Below, in pieces: positions 11,513-25,200 of a stretch of 64,000 nt of DNA; within the stretch, counting starts at the first letter, position 1; the number at the start of each line of letters is the position of its first letter. A program made the translations under genes and the position numbers. The notes under the pieces were generated by a model. The model ran no database searches. It was not told the DNA's origin and saw only the letters and a list, made by a program, of their open reading frames with translations. This stretch comes from Vitrella brassicaformis CCMP3155 (Eukaryota > Protista > Chromerida), in contig CDMY01000393.1 in assembly GCA_001179505.1 (NCBI GenBank), positions 24,592 to 88,591 of the forward strand. Direction: 5' to 3'.

Positions 11513-12229
11513 GGGAATCCATTTTCTCTCTTCCCTTCTCTGGTGTAGTGCTGACCGCATTGAGCATATCCTCAGTCACGTTATCTATGCCGCCTTCCTT
11601 GTCAGCGATATCCATCCGCACCTGTGTGTGTGTGGACGAGCAGAGACACATACAGATGAAGGGATGGATGGATGGATGGATGGCGGTTTGACGCTTTCCT
11701 GGTTGCGGAGGATGGAACCGGTGGTTGATAAGACGAAGTACGCCAACCACGTCAGCCCTGGACGGACGGATGAATGAAGAACCATGGCGACACAGAAACG
11801 AAAAGCACTGCACTGCACCGCACTTTCCTTGCTCGTGTGGCGCCCACCGAATATGGCCAGTCCCCATGTCAGCTTGAGGATGGCCGAGCGGTTGAGCGAG
11901 ATGGCCTTGATGAGCCATCCGAAGCCAAAGAACGTCACCAAGCAAGACGGCCAATGGCTGAAACAGTCCAACACGCCGTCAGACCTGTGAGGGGCCAGAA
12001 CAGAAAGACACATGAAAGCCTGTATGCCCGGTTGCAGGCGACGTCAGAACCATGTGTTCTGCCATCTGCTGATGTCGATCTGAACTTCTGGCAACGGACC
12101 TGTCAGTACGTGAGGAGGGAGGGCATCAACACACACACAGGGCGGTGCAATGCAATCATGAGAGATCTGTCGGCCCTTCCTTTATTGGTTACCTGCTCCA
12201 TAGGTTTGCACCAAGGGCTGAGAAGCCAT
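10867..12229 (-). CDS. PLAC8-family (Cys-rich) membrane protein
   Basis: Spliced product: MASQPLVQTYGAGPLPEVQIDISRWQNTWSDGVLDCFSHWPSCLVTFFG ... RTKIREKYHIPPTDCAEDFFVVCCCMGCSVCQEYR. WSxGxxDCF, RxxIRxKYxI and CCxxCxxCQExR are PLAC8 hallmarks. Confidence 0.8.
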
Positions 12230-12258
12230 CCGCTCGCGCTCGAGAGTTTACGCGCGCA

Positions 12259-12293
12259 GAAACCCTTGACCCTAAAACCCCTAGACCCTAAAC
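12259..12293. promoter_or_regulatory. Degenerate telomere-like (CCCTAAA / telo-box-like) repeat cluster in a 94-nt divergent promoter
   Basis: The sequence gaaacccttgaccctaaaacccctagaccctaaac lies between start codons at 12229 (-) and 12324 (+). Confidence 0.35.
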
Positions 12294-12323
12294 AATTGTT
12301 GCCAGGCGACATTTGTGACCGAG

Positions 12324-14790
12324 ATGAAGCGCGGCTACGACACGTTCCGGGAGTCGAATGGCGGCAACGAGGACAGTGGTGGACGCCGCCCTTCCTCTGC
12401 CCGACGACTCGACGAGCCACTGGTCAACGAGAGCATGCCAGCACCACCCCCACCCTGGGTGCGCATCGCATACCGCACGACACGCACAGACAGACACTCA
12501 CACACAGGACCCACTCATGTTCTTCTCTCTGATGTTTGTTATCGGTTCAGGTCCCTCCTGGTGGTGGCTTCTTCGCCAATGGCCCGCCGATGCCACCCGG
12601 CCCGCTCTTTTCTTCCTCTCCCGCACCCCAGGCCAACGGCAACGACAGCGGGTGGACGTACCATCGCTACACGTCCGAGGAGGAGCTGATGGCTGCCGTG
12701 GCTCACGTGCCGATGTCGCCTCGCGAGGCGCGGGAGATGGAGCGAGTGGAGCAACAGCTGAGGGCGAGGGGCAACCCGGACACGGTGGGCCGGATGCAGG
12801 CCCCTGACGCCGAGATGAGGGCACCGGAGCCGCCTGTCACGGTGAGGAAAGGGGAAGGCGGAACACCGACATGCATGCACAGGTCTATTCGTTGCCTCTT
12901 CCCTGTGATGGGATGGTTCTCCTCTGTTCGGTCAGCTCAACCTCCTGAAGCACTGGAGGCACCGGCTCGGTCAGCAGGCGCCCACCAAGACCGACCAACA
13001 ATCAGGCCCGGACATCTCCGTCCACCGCCCACTCCAGACCGACGCGCAACTCGGAGCCGCCGCAGCGGCTGCGGCCGGCTCCATCGACCAGCAAGACGTC
13101 CAGACTGATGCTATGCCGGCCGAGCAGCGCTGGTGGCTCAAGCAGCAGAGCACCATGACGCCCCTCGGGGGGGCTGGGAGCAGGAGTGCCTCCATCCAGA
13201 CGGCGCCGGCCAGGACCGTGGACGTGGGAATGGGGTTCCCTGCATCGAGGGACCCTGATGCTTTTGTAGCGGCTGAGGTGCAGACAGAAGGGACGGGAGA
13301 GGGAGAAGGGGGGGCGAGGGGAGGTGGTGGTGACGAGCTGAGGGGCCTCAGCGCCGATCAGCAGAGGCGTCTGCAGGAGTGGGTTCGGGATTCGCTGCGT
13401 GGAGCGGTGTAAGCGAAGCGAAGCGGGGAGAAAAAGGAGAGAGGGATGATGGTTTGGTTTGCATGACATGGGACGGGACGCATATACTTGTGCTTTCCTT
13501 CCTGCTATGTGGCATTCATTGATGATGTGTGCAGGGTGAGTGAGGAGATCCGGGGCATCTTGGCGTCCCTCGACACGTTTGTGGGCATGCTGGTCACCGA
13601 CCCACGTTTGTCAGCTGCAGCTGCTGATGTGCTCAACTTTGCCCTGCCTGACGTCACGCCGCCCCAAGAGGTAAATGAACCTAGACACAACACACCCGTC
13701 CATGCCATTTCTGCATCTCGTGCTCTCTTCTTTGTTTCGTTCTACTTGCGCAGCCTCCCCCAATGGCGATGGCAGCAGAAGAGCAGCGCCATCCACAGCC
13801 AACCCCACCCACACAGCTGCACCCGCCCGCTGCGCCCGTGGCACCATCTGGCGCTCCATCGGCTGGCCGTGGTGCCCAGGAGGAGGACGTGGTCATGGCT
13901 GCTGTCCCCGAGCAGGACGTGGTCATGCCGCCCGCACCTGCTGCTGCTGCGGTGGTGGTTGGGCAAGGAGGGGCGAGGGATGGCGTTCCGCAAGTGAACC
14001 AGGTGGGTGTGAGCGAGAGCAATGAAGGAGACATCATGTGAATAATGTGTCCTTCTGCCGTTCATTCATTCATTCAGGGTCCGCGTAATGGAGGTTTGAA
14101 TGGCGGCGCATCGAGGCCGCCGGTGTCTGCCTCTGTGTCTGGCGAGACCTCCATGGCTGCCAACGGACTTTCGGGCATGGGCATGCATCTAGTGTCAGGG
14201 CTGCAGCCCAACGAAGAGGTGAGCAAGGGCACGGACAAAGGACAATGGAATGAATCCATGTGAATGTGCCCACTCTGTCCCCGTCCGTGTGTGCAGAGGT
14301 GTGACGAGGAGGAATCGGACCAAGTGGACAGCGCAGAGGAGGAGGAAGAAGAGGAGGAAGAAGAAGGACCGGCACAAGGTACATGCGTCATACACACGCA
14401 CCCACTCCACCCACACATCCGCCGTGGATGTGATGTGCCCGTCCACTTGTGTGTGTGTCCTCAGGCTTGTCTGGCCTACTCAGGCGTCAGCAGCCTGCAG
14501 TCCCGCCTGCTGTGGCCGCCCCCGCCCCCGCCGCTGCCTTCGGGCAGGGCCAGCCCTCTCCCAGCGAGTCAGTCGACGAGGACGAGGACGATGTCGAAGA
14601 CGACTTCGATGACGAGGAGGACGGCTACATCGATGAGGAGGATGAGGACGACGACGAATATGATCGCCTGGCGGGCAGCAGTGCCGACAACGCCATAGAC
14701 CTCGAGGACGACGATGAGGAAGAGGACGGGAATAACGGGCAGGTCGGGAACGGGCAGGGCCACCACAACGATGACGCGCCTGCCAACTGA
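12324..14790 (+). CDS. Hypothetical low-complexity protein (Pro/Ala-rich, acidic C-terminus), multi-exon
   Basis: It begins MKRGYDTFRESNGG. Successive GT-AG-bounded coding exons end in an Asp/Glu-rich exon ...NDDAPAN* at 14790. I recognise no domain. Confidence 0.6.
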
Positions 14791-15835
14791 GGGACCGAAC
14801 GAGGGGGCATGGGCAGGAGGGTATGGATGGATGGGTGCATGTGAGATGGTCGTGTGTGAGAGAGCAGTTTAAGCGTGGACCGGACAGGGTGAGTGCCATT
14901 TGACTGGGTGTCTGCTGCTGCGCGGCAGCGCGGCGTGTGATGTGTGTGGTGCAAGTCCATCTGTGTGTTTGGCGCCGTGTTTGCCGCGTTTTTCCTGCCT
15001 GACTGCCTGGATGGTGCTTTGTCGACATTCCTGTCGATTGAGTGGTGCGCTCATTCTTCGCGCCTGGTGGCAAGGGTGAGGGGATCTGTCCAGTTCCCTC
15101 AGTCTGACCACCATGCCCGAGGACACAGCCGCTGACAGTCGACACACACACACACACACACGAGGCCGGACAATGAAGAGGGATCTCTTTAGCCAAAGAA
15201 TGGAGGACGTTGCTGACGTGCACTGCAGCACTGCAATGGGCAACCGCCTTGAACTACTGCTCGCCAGCTGAGGCTCTGCGGGCATCCGTAAAATCAGACA
15301 GGATGGGACAAACAGAGAGAGGGAGACACTGCATGACAAGCATTTGATATTTGAACAAGATGCCTTGCTGCACACTTATTGAATGCATTGCAGTCATCGC
15401 GAGGGCCCGTCTTGCAGACACCCAATCCACCACCAACCACACACGAAATGCTGCCTTTGCCGATGGACGCAACACACGAACCTTTCTCATGGCAGGTGAC
15501 GTTCGTCTCCGATGCCGCAGTGCAAATGGCTGTGTAAACAGCATGTTTCGGGCCTCGGCGTGCTCTGCGGTGAGCTGATGAGCTTGCCATGTCCAATCAC
15601 GGTTGGTCAATTTGCGAGCTCAAATAGAGTGCAGATCTTCCCCCCTTGGTTCTCTTTTCTCTTTTCTCCCGCTCTGTCGTCTTTCCGCGCTATCCACGAT
15701 GCTCTGACTACCACAGCTCACCTCCAACGGCTCAGGGTCGCACCTCTCCCTTCTCTCTGATCGCAGAGGCGGCAGCTCCCCTGTTCGATTCCTTCGCAGC
15801 CGAGCTGTTCCGTGGCCAACCACTCCCTCCCCACA

Positions 15836-18328
15836 ATGTCGAGCAAGCCGCCACTTCCCTCGTCCTCCTTCACCGTGTTCGGCGACGAGCCCGTCCCATC
15901 GATCCTGGTTGACTCTGTCATGATCCGGCAGGACTGCAAGACGCAGCAGTGGTCACACGGGCCGTTCCCAGTGGAGGACGTTTCGCTCCACAGCGCCGCT
16001 CGAGTGGTCACACAGTTTATTCGCAAGTCGTCGGGTGTCTTGGACTACAAGCATACGGCACCTGTCGGGCCCATCCCAGCTGTGGTGTCCCACTCGTCCA
16101 GCAGAGCGTCCACCAAGGCAACTGTGAGCACAATGGGACCCGTCGCCACTGATGGTGAGTTGAGAGGGGNNNNNNNNNNNNNNNNNNNNNNNNNNNNNNN
16201 NNNNNNNNNNNNNNNNNNNNNNNNNNNNNNNNNNNNNNNNNNNNNNNNNNNNNNNNNNNNNNNNNNNNNNNNNNNNNNNNNNNNNNNNNNNNNNNNNNNN
16301 NNNNNNNNNNNNNNNNNNNNNNNNNNNNNNNNNNNNNNNNNNNNNNNNNNNNNNNNNNNNNNNNNNNNNNNNNNNNNNNNNNNNNNNNNNNNNNNNNNNN
16401 NNNNNNNNNNNNNNNNNNNNNNNNNNNNNNNNNNNNNNNNNNNNNNNNNNNNNNNNNNNNNNNNNNNNNGGGGGGGGGGGACAGGGGCACACACACGACA
16501 TCCAGTGTAGGCTTCACTTGTTCTTGCCGCTTTGTCCACTGTCTTGATCTGCACAGATCGGGTCATTTGCGAGGTGTCCACCCCTCGCAAAGTGCAGGAG
16601 GGCGTCGTCGGCAGCGTTGGCGGGGGGAAGGACAGCAAGGGGCTGGGGATGTCGGCCATGGCATATGCCTTCGATGACAACTGGCCACTCACTGTCTGGG
16701 GCCTGCTCACCGGTACACACGAGAAGCGGCACGCGCCACTACTTCGAGATGGTCACGCTGAGCGACATTCTGTTGTCTGTTGTCTGTTTGTTCCCTCCCT
16801 CTCTGTGTCGATATCCAGCATGGGTGTTGACGGCTGCGTTTTTTCTTTTGGCGTTGTGGCGAGGTTCGATGATGATGCCCAAGCCCACCCCCCAGTGGTT
16901 CAACATCCTGCTCATAGTGGTCGTGGTGCTCAAGATCGTGCAGACCACCACCTGGCTCTTCTTCGTCCCCACCCTGCAGTCATACAAGGTCCGCCCGCTG
17001 CTGGTGGCCATCCTCATCCTCACCTCACTCCCAGTGGAGATTCTCGTGCAGGTCAGGGAGGGAGGGAGGGAGGGAGGGACCTCCGAACGAACAATCGCCG
17101 CACTGCACGCATCGGTCAACGGATTGAATGCTTTTGCCTCGCTCCCGCAGTTCCACAATCCCTTCGCAGATCCCATCCTCACACTGGTCCTCTTCTACGT
17201 CCAGGCGGCTGCGTGGACATTCTTATTTGCTGTCTACCTCGAGAGGAGGCGGGACGACCAACAGCCACAGCCGCCGGCAAAGAAACAACAACCACAGCAG
17301 CAGCAGCAGCAGCAGCCAGGGGTCGACGGCAGCACGGATGTGGTGTCGAGTTCGGTGACGGCGAGTAAGCTGAAGACGTCGATGTTCGGCACGTCGTGGC
17401 GCGACGAGGCGACTGAGAAGGAGTTTGTGTTCCGTTCGTGCCAGCGGTGGTGCTGCGTGCCATTTGGGGGGCGGCTCTCGCCTCTTGCATACAGAAGGTG
17501 GGCGACAACCAGGCAGGGATGGGATATGAAGCCCTCTGCGGATCCGTATGGCTGGCTGTTGTTTCTCCCATCCATTGTATCTCTTTCTTTCATGTCATGT
17601 ATGGTATGGTATGACCAGGCTGGTGTTTTTCGGTCGTCATTTCCTGGTGTCGGTGGACCTGTTCTCTGACGTGACTGTGGGGCTGGGACTCATCAAGATC
17701 AGCTGGCGGCCCACCACACCCACACCTTGGGTATTCTTCAACGCAGGTGCGGTGCCTAAGGACAGATGCGATGCGCGAGGGAGGGTGTCGGGGTGTGACT
17801 ATTCTATTACGTGAGATTGTGTGTGTTCAGGTCTGACGATCTTTGTGTTGGCGATGGTGGAGGTCAACTCGATTTTGGTGGAGATCTTTGTGCGGCAGCC
17901 GTCGGCCACTAAGGCGCTCCTCAACCTTTTCACCGCATGTCTAGAGGTGAGGGACCTGACTGACACGACGGAGGGAGGGAGGGAGGGACGGCCGCCCACC
18001 AGCACCCTCAAATGCGTTTCTTGATGCACTGTTCAGGTCCCCATTCTCATCCTGACGGTCATGTATTGCCCTCAGGTACACACACAGCGAGCACAGACAG
18101 CACATGCGTTGGACTGCACACACACCGAGCGAGCGAGTGCTCATGTGCTGTGCTGTGCTGTGCTGTCCTCTCGTCTGTGTCACCTTTCAGTGGAATCTGC
18201 CGATGACGATCGTGTCTGGTGTCCTGACGTTGTTGGGCATTTTGTACAAGGCCGGCACCTGCGTGTACGCTTTCAAGAAGCCGGGCGCCCCCGCACAGAA
18301 GACGACTTACAGTCACGAGACTGCATGA
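15836..18328 (+). CDS. Hypothetical multi-pass membrane protein
   Basis: It starts MSSKPPLPSS and has hydrophobic exons (WFNILLIVVVVLKIV, PILTLVLFYVQAAAWTFLFAVYL, GLTIFVLAMVEV, MTIVSGVLTLLGILY) and a poly-Q loop. It ends YSHETA* at 18328 and spans one N gap. Confidence 0.6.
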
Positions 18329-18329
18329 C

Positions 18330-18871
18330 ATGCATGACATGACAAAGTCACATTGAGCGAGGCAGATCGAGGCGACGCTAAGAGATGGATGGATGGATGG
18401 ATGGATGGAGAGGGGCTGACCTGACACGCCTGGCATCGCATGGTGGCTGGCTGTGCTGTGCTGGCCTGCACGTACACATGTGTACATACATAGAGTACTA
18501 CAGTAAGTACACACATAGATAGATGTACACAGCTAGCTGTCTAGTCGGTAAGTCAGCCAGCCACTCACGTGCCTGTGTGTGACGTGACGAATGCCAGGCC
18601 TTCATTGATTGATTGATTGATCGTGTGTGTGTGTTTTATCTTCTTCGAGCTTTGTTTGTAAGTGCGTTTTTCACCGCCCGCCTGACTGACTCGGGCTGTC
18701 TGGCTGACACACGATGCGATGCGATGCGATGCGATGCGATGCCTCTACACGTGCATCCACCCACCCGCCAACCCACCCAGTCTGGCCGTCACGTTCACCG
18801 TTGCTGCATGACAGACATGTGGGATGGATGGATGGATGGTTCGATGGATGGACGGATGGATCACACACAGT

Positions 18872-18902
<31 letters not shown>

Positions 18903-19260
18903 TCCATACTCACCACCGTCTTTGTGTCCCTCCTCTGCCTCTGTGTGTGTCCTTTCCACGCCTATGCACTACAGCACACGTACGTACCAGCCGCCCAGTT
19001 GCGAGACTGATGGCTGTGTCGATGGACCTACACGCTTTTATCTACAAGCGGATGGCATGGATGGCATGGATGGGTGGGCGGATGAATGGATGAATGCTCG
19101 TGTGCTAACGTGCAAGCGATTTATGTCCAGTCCTTCTCTCACTCCCTCTGTCTCTCTGTCTGCTGTGCGTGCCTGTATGCCTGCCTGCCTGCCTGTCTGA
19201 ATGCGTGCCGTGCGTCTGTGACTTTATTTATCGATGCGATGCACGCAGTAGGGCCAGCCG
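18330..19260. repeat. Microsatellite-dense intergenic/3'UTR region
   Basis: (GATG)n, (GATGC)n at about 18713-18743, (GCTG)n, (GATT)n and (CTGC)n arrays lie between convergent genes. Confidence 0.8.
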
Positions 19261-20389
19261 ACTAGAGACTAGAGGCTAGAGACGGACATGCTATGCTGGC
19301 TGGGTGGGTGGTTGTGGTGGGCGGGGAGGTGTGTAGCGGGCCGGGTGGCTGGGTTGGGCGGGTGTTTATGGGGCGGGCGGTGTGGGAGGGAGGCCGGAAA
19401 GAAGGCCGACTGATTGGTCGATCAAGAGGCGAGCAAGAGGAGGGCGGGCGGGAATTAGGGGGGCCACCTGCGTGCCGTGCGTACGTGCTATTTGGTGGTT
19501 TTTCAACGGCTGCTCTCTTTGAAGGGGAGCGAGCCTTGTTCGTACTGGATGGATGGATGGATGAGCCAGCTGGGAAGGGCCCAAGGGCAGCCGAATCGGT
19601 GCAGTGATGTGATGCATGATGCATAGATATACATAAGTGATATGTAGTGATTCTGATGCGCATTTTTTGACGTCAAGAGCACATGTATACATACACACCT
19701 ACCTCAACATGCAATACTTTTTGAACTTGAAGATCGACGATGTGCACACACACTCACACACACACCCGTGCACAGCTGGCAGTCGGCAATACGATGCCAG
19801 CGGGCCGCACGCGTGGCAGCACGGTGGATTGAGGGAGGGAGGGAGTGGGGTAGGAGTTTGAGTGAGTAGGGCCATGTAACGTCGGGTGTTTTGATGACGG
19901 ACTTGTTCACGACGGACTTGTCAGAGACGCGTCGTTTGCGACAGGCAGGCATTTAAGCCCTCAAGACCACTGAAGGTATTCGAGCCAACATCAAGTGGGT
20001 CAACATCACACACGCGCGCGCTCCCACACACACAGAGGCTGTCAAAGCAGACACCGAACAAGAGACGGATGCACTTAACGGGGTGTGCTCAGAAGGAGAG
20101 TGACGCGCATCCACTACACCGACAGAGGAAGCAAAGTGGTTGCTCATGCAAGCAAAAGACTGATGTAAAACAAAGCCAAAACCAACAGTAAGTCCCCATC
20201 CCAATGAGTCTATGTGCCCAAACCGACTGAGTCCAGCCCACTACAACCGCCCACTTGCACCGACAGACACAGGGAGAGGATCAGTAAGCACACCGCCTTG
20301 CAACGAGCGACCTGCATGAACAAACAAGGATCAACAAGAACCCATGCATCGTATCCTTCCTGCCGACCTGTCCGTACTCCGCTCTAGCG

Positions 20390-21962
20390 CTACTCCGCCT
20401 CCATGGCGTCCACTTTGGCACGGATCAGAGCCGCCGTGCGCGGGAACCGCTGAGCTGCGCTCCGTTGCCTCGGAACACGAGGCTCAGTAGTGACGATCGA
20501 TAGATTAGACGTGTGGCTTGGTTGGTGGTATACGTTCACGTTCATGAAGGCTGCAAACTCGTCAGTCGCTTTGTCACCGCACACGACCGCAGTTGTACTG
20601 CACCACCCCCACTCAGGGGAGCAGCTCTTCCACACGTACGCCAGCCGACTCCCGCTCCACGTTGGGCCCATCTGGGAGGTGAGTTTTCCGAGCCGCTCCG
20701 TCAGCTGCTGCTGGGCGGTCCGCGTCATGATCTCGTCTGGCTTGATGCGCCTTGAGCGGTTGTTGATGCCTTCAATACCTCTGAAGATCACGTGGAGGCA
20801 GAAGTCAGTGAAGGATGCGGCTGTGTCGCTCGACGATGCGGCTTCGTCCCTCTCGTCTGCACATAGGCAGACAAATGAGCAAACTACTTCAAGCATCCTC
20901 ATGTGTGTTGTTACGTGCTCCTTTTGCCTCACATATGACTGGTGGGTCTGATGTGTTGACAGTGAGTAGGTCGCCTGGCAACATGTCGGGCGTCAGGACT
21001 CGCTTAAATGCCTCTGTAAGCGCCTGGCGGTCTCGAGCTTTGATACTTTTGCTGAAAATAGACGGGGTGCCTGCATCGTCAGCTCGAGAACGAAATAGCG
21101 AAAGCTGTCGCATAGCCGCGGGTTGGGAATCGAACTCCATCTTGGTGCCCACTTGGCGCACGTCATCAGGAGTGATGATGACCGGCAGAGAAGGGAGGTG
21201 GCCGCAGTTCTTCAGCAAGTGAAGAAGCTGCAAACAGCGCTCCCACGGCCCTCCCTCCTCGACAAAGTGCGTCATCCGGAGCAGATAATCCATCCGACTT
21301 ATCCTCTTCCGGAACCCGAACAGAACCAGCAGTCCACCCCAAAGATGCTTTTGAATCAACTCCACGACTTTTGTCTGCTTGTCAGAAACCCTTCTCAGGA
21401 AGAGGGATCCGAAAAACTCGTCCACCCGTCCCGATTCTACGGCTTCACAACAAATGACGATCGCGCCGGTGACGCAGAGGAAGAACAACGGCGCAGCCAC
21501 CGCCAAGGCACATACCATTATCAAGCACCAAGTCCACCAGGCGCATGATGCTGGTCTCTCACTCAGGCAGGGAAAGATGCGTGTCACCACCCACAAACCA
21601 ACCACCGACGCTGCCAACACACCGAGATGCCAAACAACGAGGTACCCCAGAACAGCTCCCCCGAGAAAAATCCAAAGAACCACATCCACCAGTTCGCTGA
21701 CAGTGGCCGTGAGGCAGTGCTGCAGGTACGCCAAGGTGGTCTTGTGCCGCTTCGCCACCGCCATCACCCCGTCCAGACCTTTATCGCGGATGGATCTGTC
21801 GAGGCGGTCCGTCAGATAGTCCTCACTGATGAGATAACAGCCGACGCTCTTGGACGCGGCTCGAAGGGTTCCGCAGCTGACGGAAGGGAGGAAGCTCCTC
21901 ACCTCTGTACGGATCTCCTCCGGCAGGCCCGCGAGATGGCAATCGGAATGGTCTCCAGTCAT
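20390..21962 (-). CDS. F-box-like lineage-specific family protein (Vitrella-type expanded family) with a hydrophobic insertion; one intron
   Basis: The N-terminus is HLAGLPEEIRTEVRSFLPSVSCGTLRAASKSVG...EDYLTDRLDRSI. The C-terminus is WGWCSTTAVVCGD...TTEPRVPRQRSAAQRFPRTAALIR. The gene is intron-poor compared with its neighbours. Confidence 0.65.
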
Positions 21963-22287
21963 CGTGGCAGCGCGTGAAATCGTGGAAACGCCAAAAGATG
22001 TTGGTGGATGTGTGTGTGTGTGTGTGTATGTTTGCGCGTACGGATCCACTTGTTTCGAACGTGGTCTTAGCTCGCCCATGCGGATCGCACTCCTCTCCAA
22101 GGCTCATCGAAGCAGTCTCCGTGGCCTGCCGTGTACACTTCCACGCACTGCCGACTGATGTCACTGCATACGCACACGTGATGCAAGAGTACTTTGCATT
22201 GCAAAGGTCCCAGCACATACAAAACACTATCAGACACCGATTGCGCCGCCGCCGCCGCTTCCACAGTCAGCGGCCCAGCACGCTCCG

Positions 22288-25200
22288 TCACCATTCGTCT
22301 GTGACACACCCCTCCGACGCGCTCTTGACATTCTTGATGTACTTGAGCAGAGTGCCACGCTCAACCTACACAGACACATTCATGAATGCTACGACGCGGC
22401 CAGCCCAGATCTTTCGTCTGACGCATGCACCTTGTAAGGCGGCGGCGTGAATTGCTGTCTCCTCTTGTCCATTTCGTCATCGGATACGTCCACGTCGATC
22501 TCGAGTGTGTCTGCGTCGATGGTGATGGTGTCGCCGTCACGCACCAGTGCGATGGGGCCGCCCTCCTGCGCCTCAGGACATATGTGACCGATGATGAACC
22601 TGCACACACAGCACAGCACAGCACAGCACAACACAGCACGGGGGGAGAATGGGTTGACAGCTGCAGGGATCGTTAGTCGTGTGTGGGTACCCGTGCGATC
22701 CTCCTGAGAATCTCCCGTCTGTGAGGAGGGCCACATCCTTGCCGAGGCCAGTGCCCACAATTACTGACAGCCAATCGGGACAACAGATGGATGACTGGCT
22801 GGCTGGAACACATGTACCCATCCATCATCGCCCGCCCACTCCCTCACCTGACGTCGGTGTGAGCATCTCAGGCATCCCCGGCCCGCCTTTCGGACCCTCG
22901 TAACGAATCACGACCACATCGCCCTGCACACACCACACCACACCACACACGATGGATGAACTCCTACGACCAGGACACATGCCGTGCATGGCATGGCTGT
23001 GTTCTCACCTGCTTGATTTGTTTCTTCTCCGCTGCCGAGAGCATGTCCTCCTCGCAGTCGAACACGCGAGCAGGGCCCCTGAAGCGCGACCCCTCCTTGC
23101 CCGTGATCTTGGCCACCGCGCCATCTGGCGCAAGATTGCCCCGCAGGATCTTGATGTGGGCCTTGGGCTGCAGCGGCTTGCTGACGGGCAGGATGACCTT
23201 CTGCGCGTTGAAGTCTAATGGCTTCGCCGCCTGTCCACACACACACACAGATGCGCACAGCCAGGCCGTGACGACAGCAGCCACAGCTTACAGTGTATGT
23301 TGGCTGTCTCACCTGCAGGTTCTCCTTGACGGTTTTGCCGGTGACGGTGAGGCAGTCGGGGTGTAGGTATCCCTCCTCCAGCAGGTGGCGCATGACGGAC
23401 GGTATGCCGCCGATCTTGTGGACGTCCTCCATGACATAGGTGCCGCTGGGCTTCAGGTCTGCGATGAGGGGCGTCTTGTCGCTCGCACGCTGGAAGTCGT
23501 CGATGGTCAGGGCGATGCCCACCGACCTCGCCATGGCGATCAGGTGCAGCACCGCATTGGTGGAACCGCCCAGAGCCATCACCACCGTCAGGGCGTTCTC
23601 GAAGGCCTGATGATCGGATCCGCAACACACAGACAGAAATGTACAAACAGGGCGTTTCCCTCCCTCCTTTCTCCCATCTCGCTGCTCTCACCTCTCGTGT
23701 CATGATGTCCTTGGGTCTGATGTTCTTCTCTAGTAAGGCCTTGACGGCAGTGGCGGCCTCCGCGCACTCCTGCTGCTTCTCGGGCGACACAGCAGGGTTG
23801 GACGACGAGTAAGGCAGCGACATGCCGAGAGCCTCAATGGCGCTCGCCATCGTGTTGGCGGTGAACATGCCGCCACACGCACCAGGCCCCGGACAGGCGT
23901 GGAAGTTGATGTCCAGCCGTTCCTCCTCAGTGATGGCCCCCCTCAGGTATCTTCCGTACGACTCGTTTGCATCCAGGACGTTGATCACCTCCCCCTTGCT
24001 GGTCCTGCCTGAGGCGATGGTGCCGCCGTAGAGCATCAGGGAGGGGCGGTTGAGGCGGCCCATGGCAATGATGCAGCCGGGCATGTTCTTGTCGCAGCCG
24101 GGGAGGGTCACCAAAGCGTCATACCACTGAGCACCCATCTGCAGACAGACAGACAGACAGACAAGCCAACCAGCATCACAACACACTACACCTGTGTTCT
24201 CTCCCTCCCTCCCTCCCTCCCTCCCTCTCTTCCTCCCAGGTGCGGCAACAGACCAGTGTTTCGATGCTGTCAGCGATGAGGTCCCTGGATTGCAGCGAGA
24301 AGGACATGCCGTCGGTGCCCATGGAGATAGCGTCGCTCACCCCGACAGTGTTGAACTGGAAGCCCACCAGCCCCTCGGTCTGCAGCTGCTCCTTGACGCG
24401 GTGCCCCAGGCCCAGCAGGTGCATGTTGCAGGGGTTGCCTTCGTACCACACGCTCGCCACGCCCACCTGCGGCTTGCTGAGGTCCTCCGGCTTGAGGCCC
24501 GTGGCCATCAGCATGGCCTGGGAAGCGCCTTGGCACTTGGGCTGTGTGATGCGGCAGCTGAAACGGTTCAGTTTCGACATATCCTCGATGTCTGGGGTGG
24601 CAGCAAACATACGGTTGAACGGCACCGCGGAAGAAGAAGAAGAAGAAGAAGAAGACCAACACGGCTGATCCATTATTTTGTCAGTACTGCTATTCTTTCC
24701 TTCGGAATTGAGTTGAATGAATCAAATCGATACAGGATTGTCTGTCAACTGCCGCCGTCACTCAGAGTCTTACGCTCTACCGACCGACAGCCCATCAAAG
24801 AACAAGGGTGTCAGTCCACCTACAGAGATCAGTGGACGCACTCACGCACAGAGACTCACATTCAGAAACTCTCTCCCCAACCACGGCCACCAAGGCCGCA
24901 AACCCCCCCCCCCCCNNNNNNNNNNNNNNNNNNNNNNNNNNNNNNNNNNNNNNNNNNNNNNNNNNNNNNNNNNNNNNNNNNNNNNNNNNNNNNNNNNNNN
25001 NNNNNNNNNNNNNNNNNNNNNNNNNNNNNNNNNNNNNNNNNNNNNNNNNNNNNNNNNNNNNNNNNNNNNNNNNNNNNNNNNNNNNNNNNNNNNNNNNNNN
25101 NNNNNNNNNNNNNNNNNNNNNNNNNNNNNNNNNNNNNNNNNNNNNNNNNNNNNNNNNNNNNNNNNNNNNNNNNNNNNNNNNNNNNNNNNNNNNNNNNNNN

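Noticed and set aside
19700-20200. Short ORFs and an 11-bp direct repeat (gacggacttgt x2) between convergent genes
   Set aside because: There is no coherent splice pattern or motif, so it is likely UTR.
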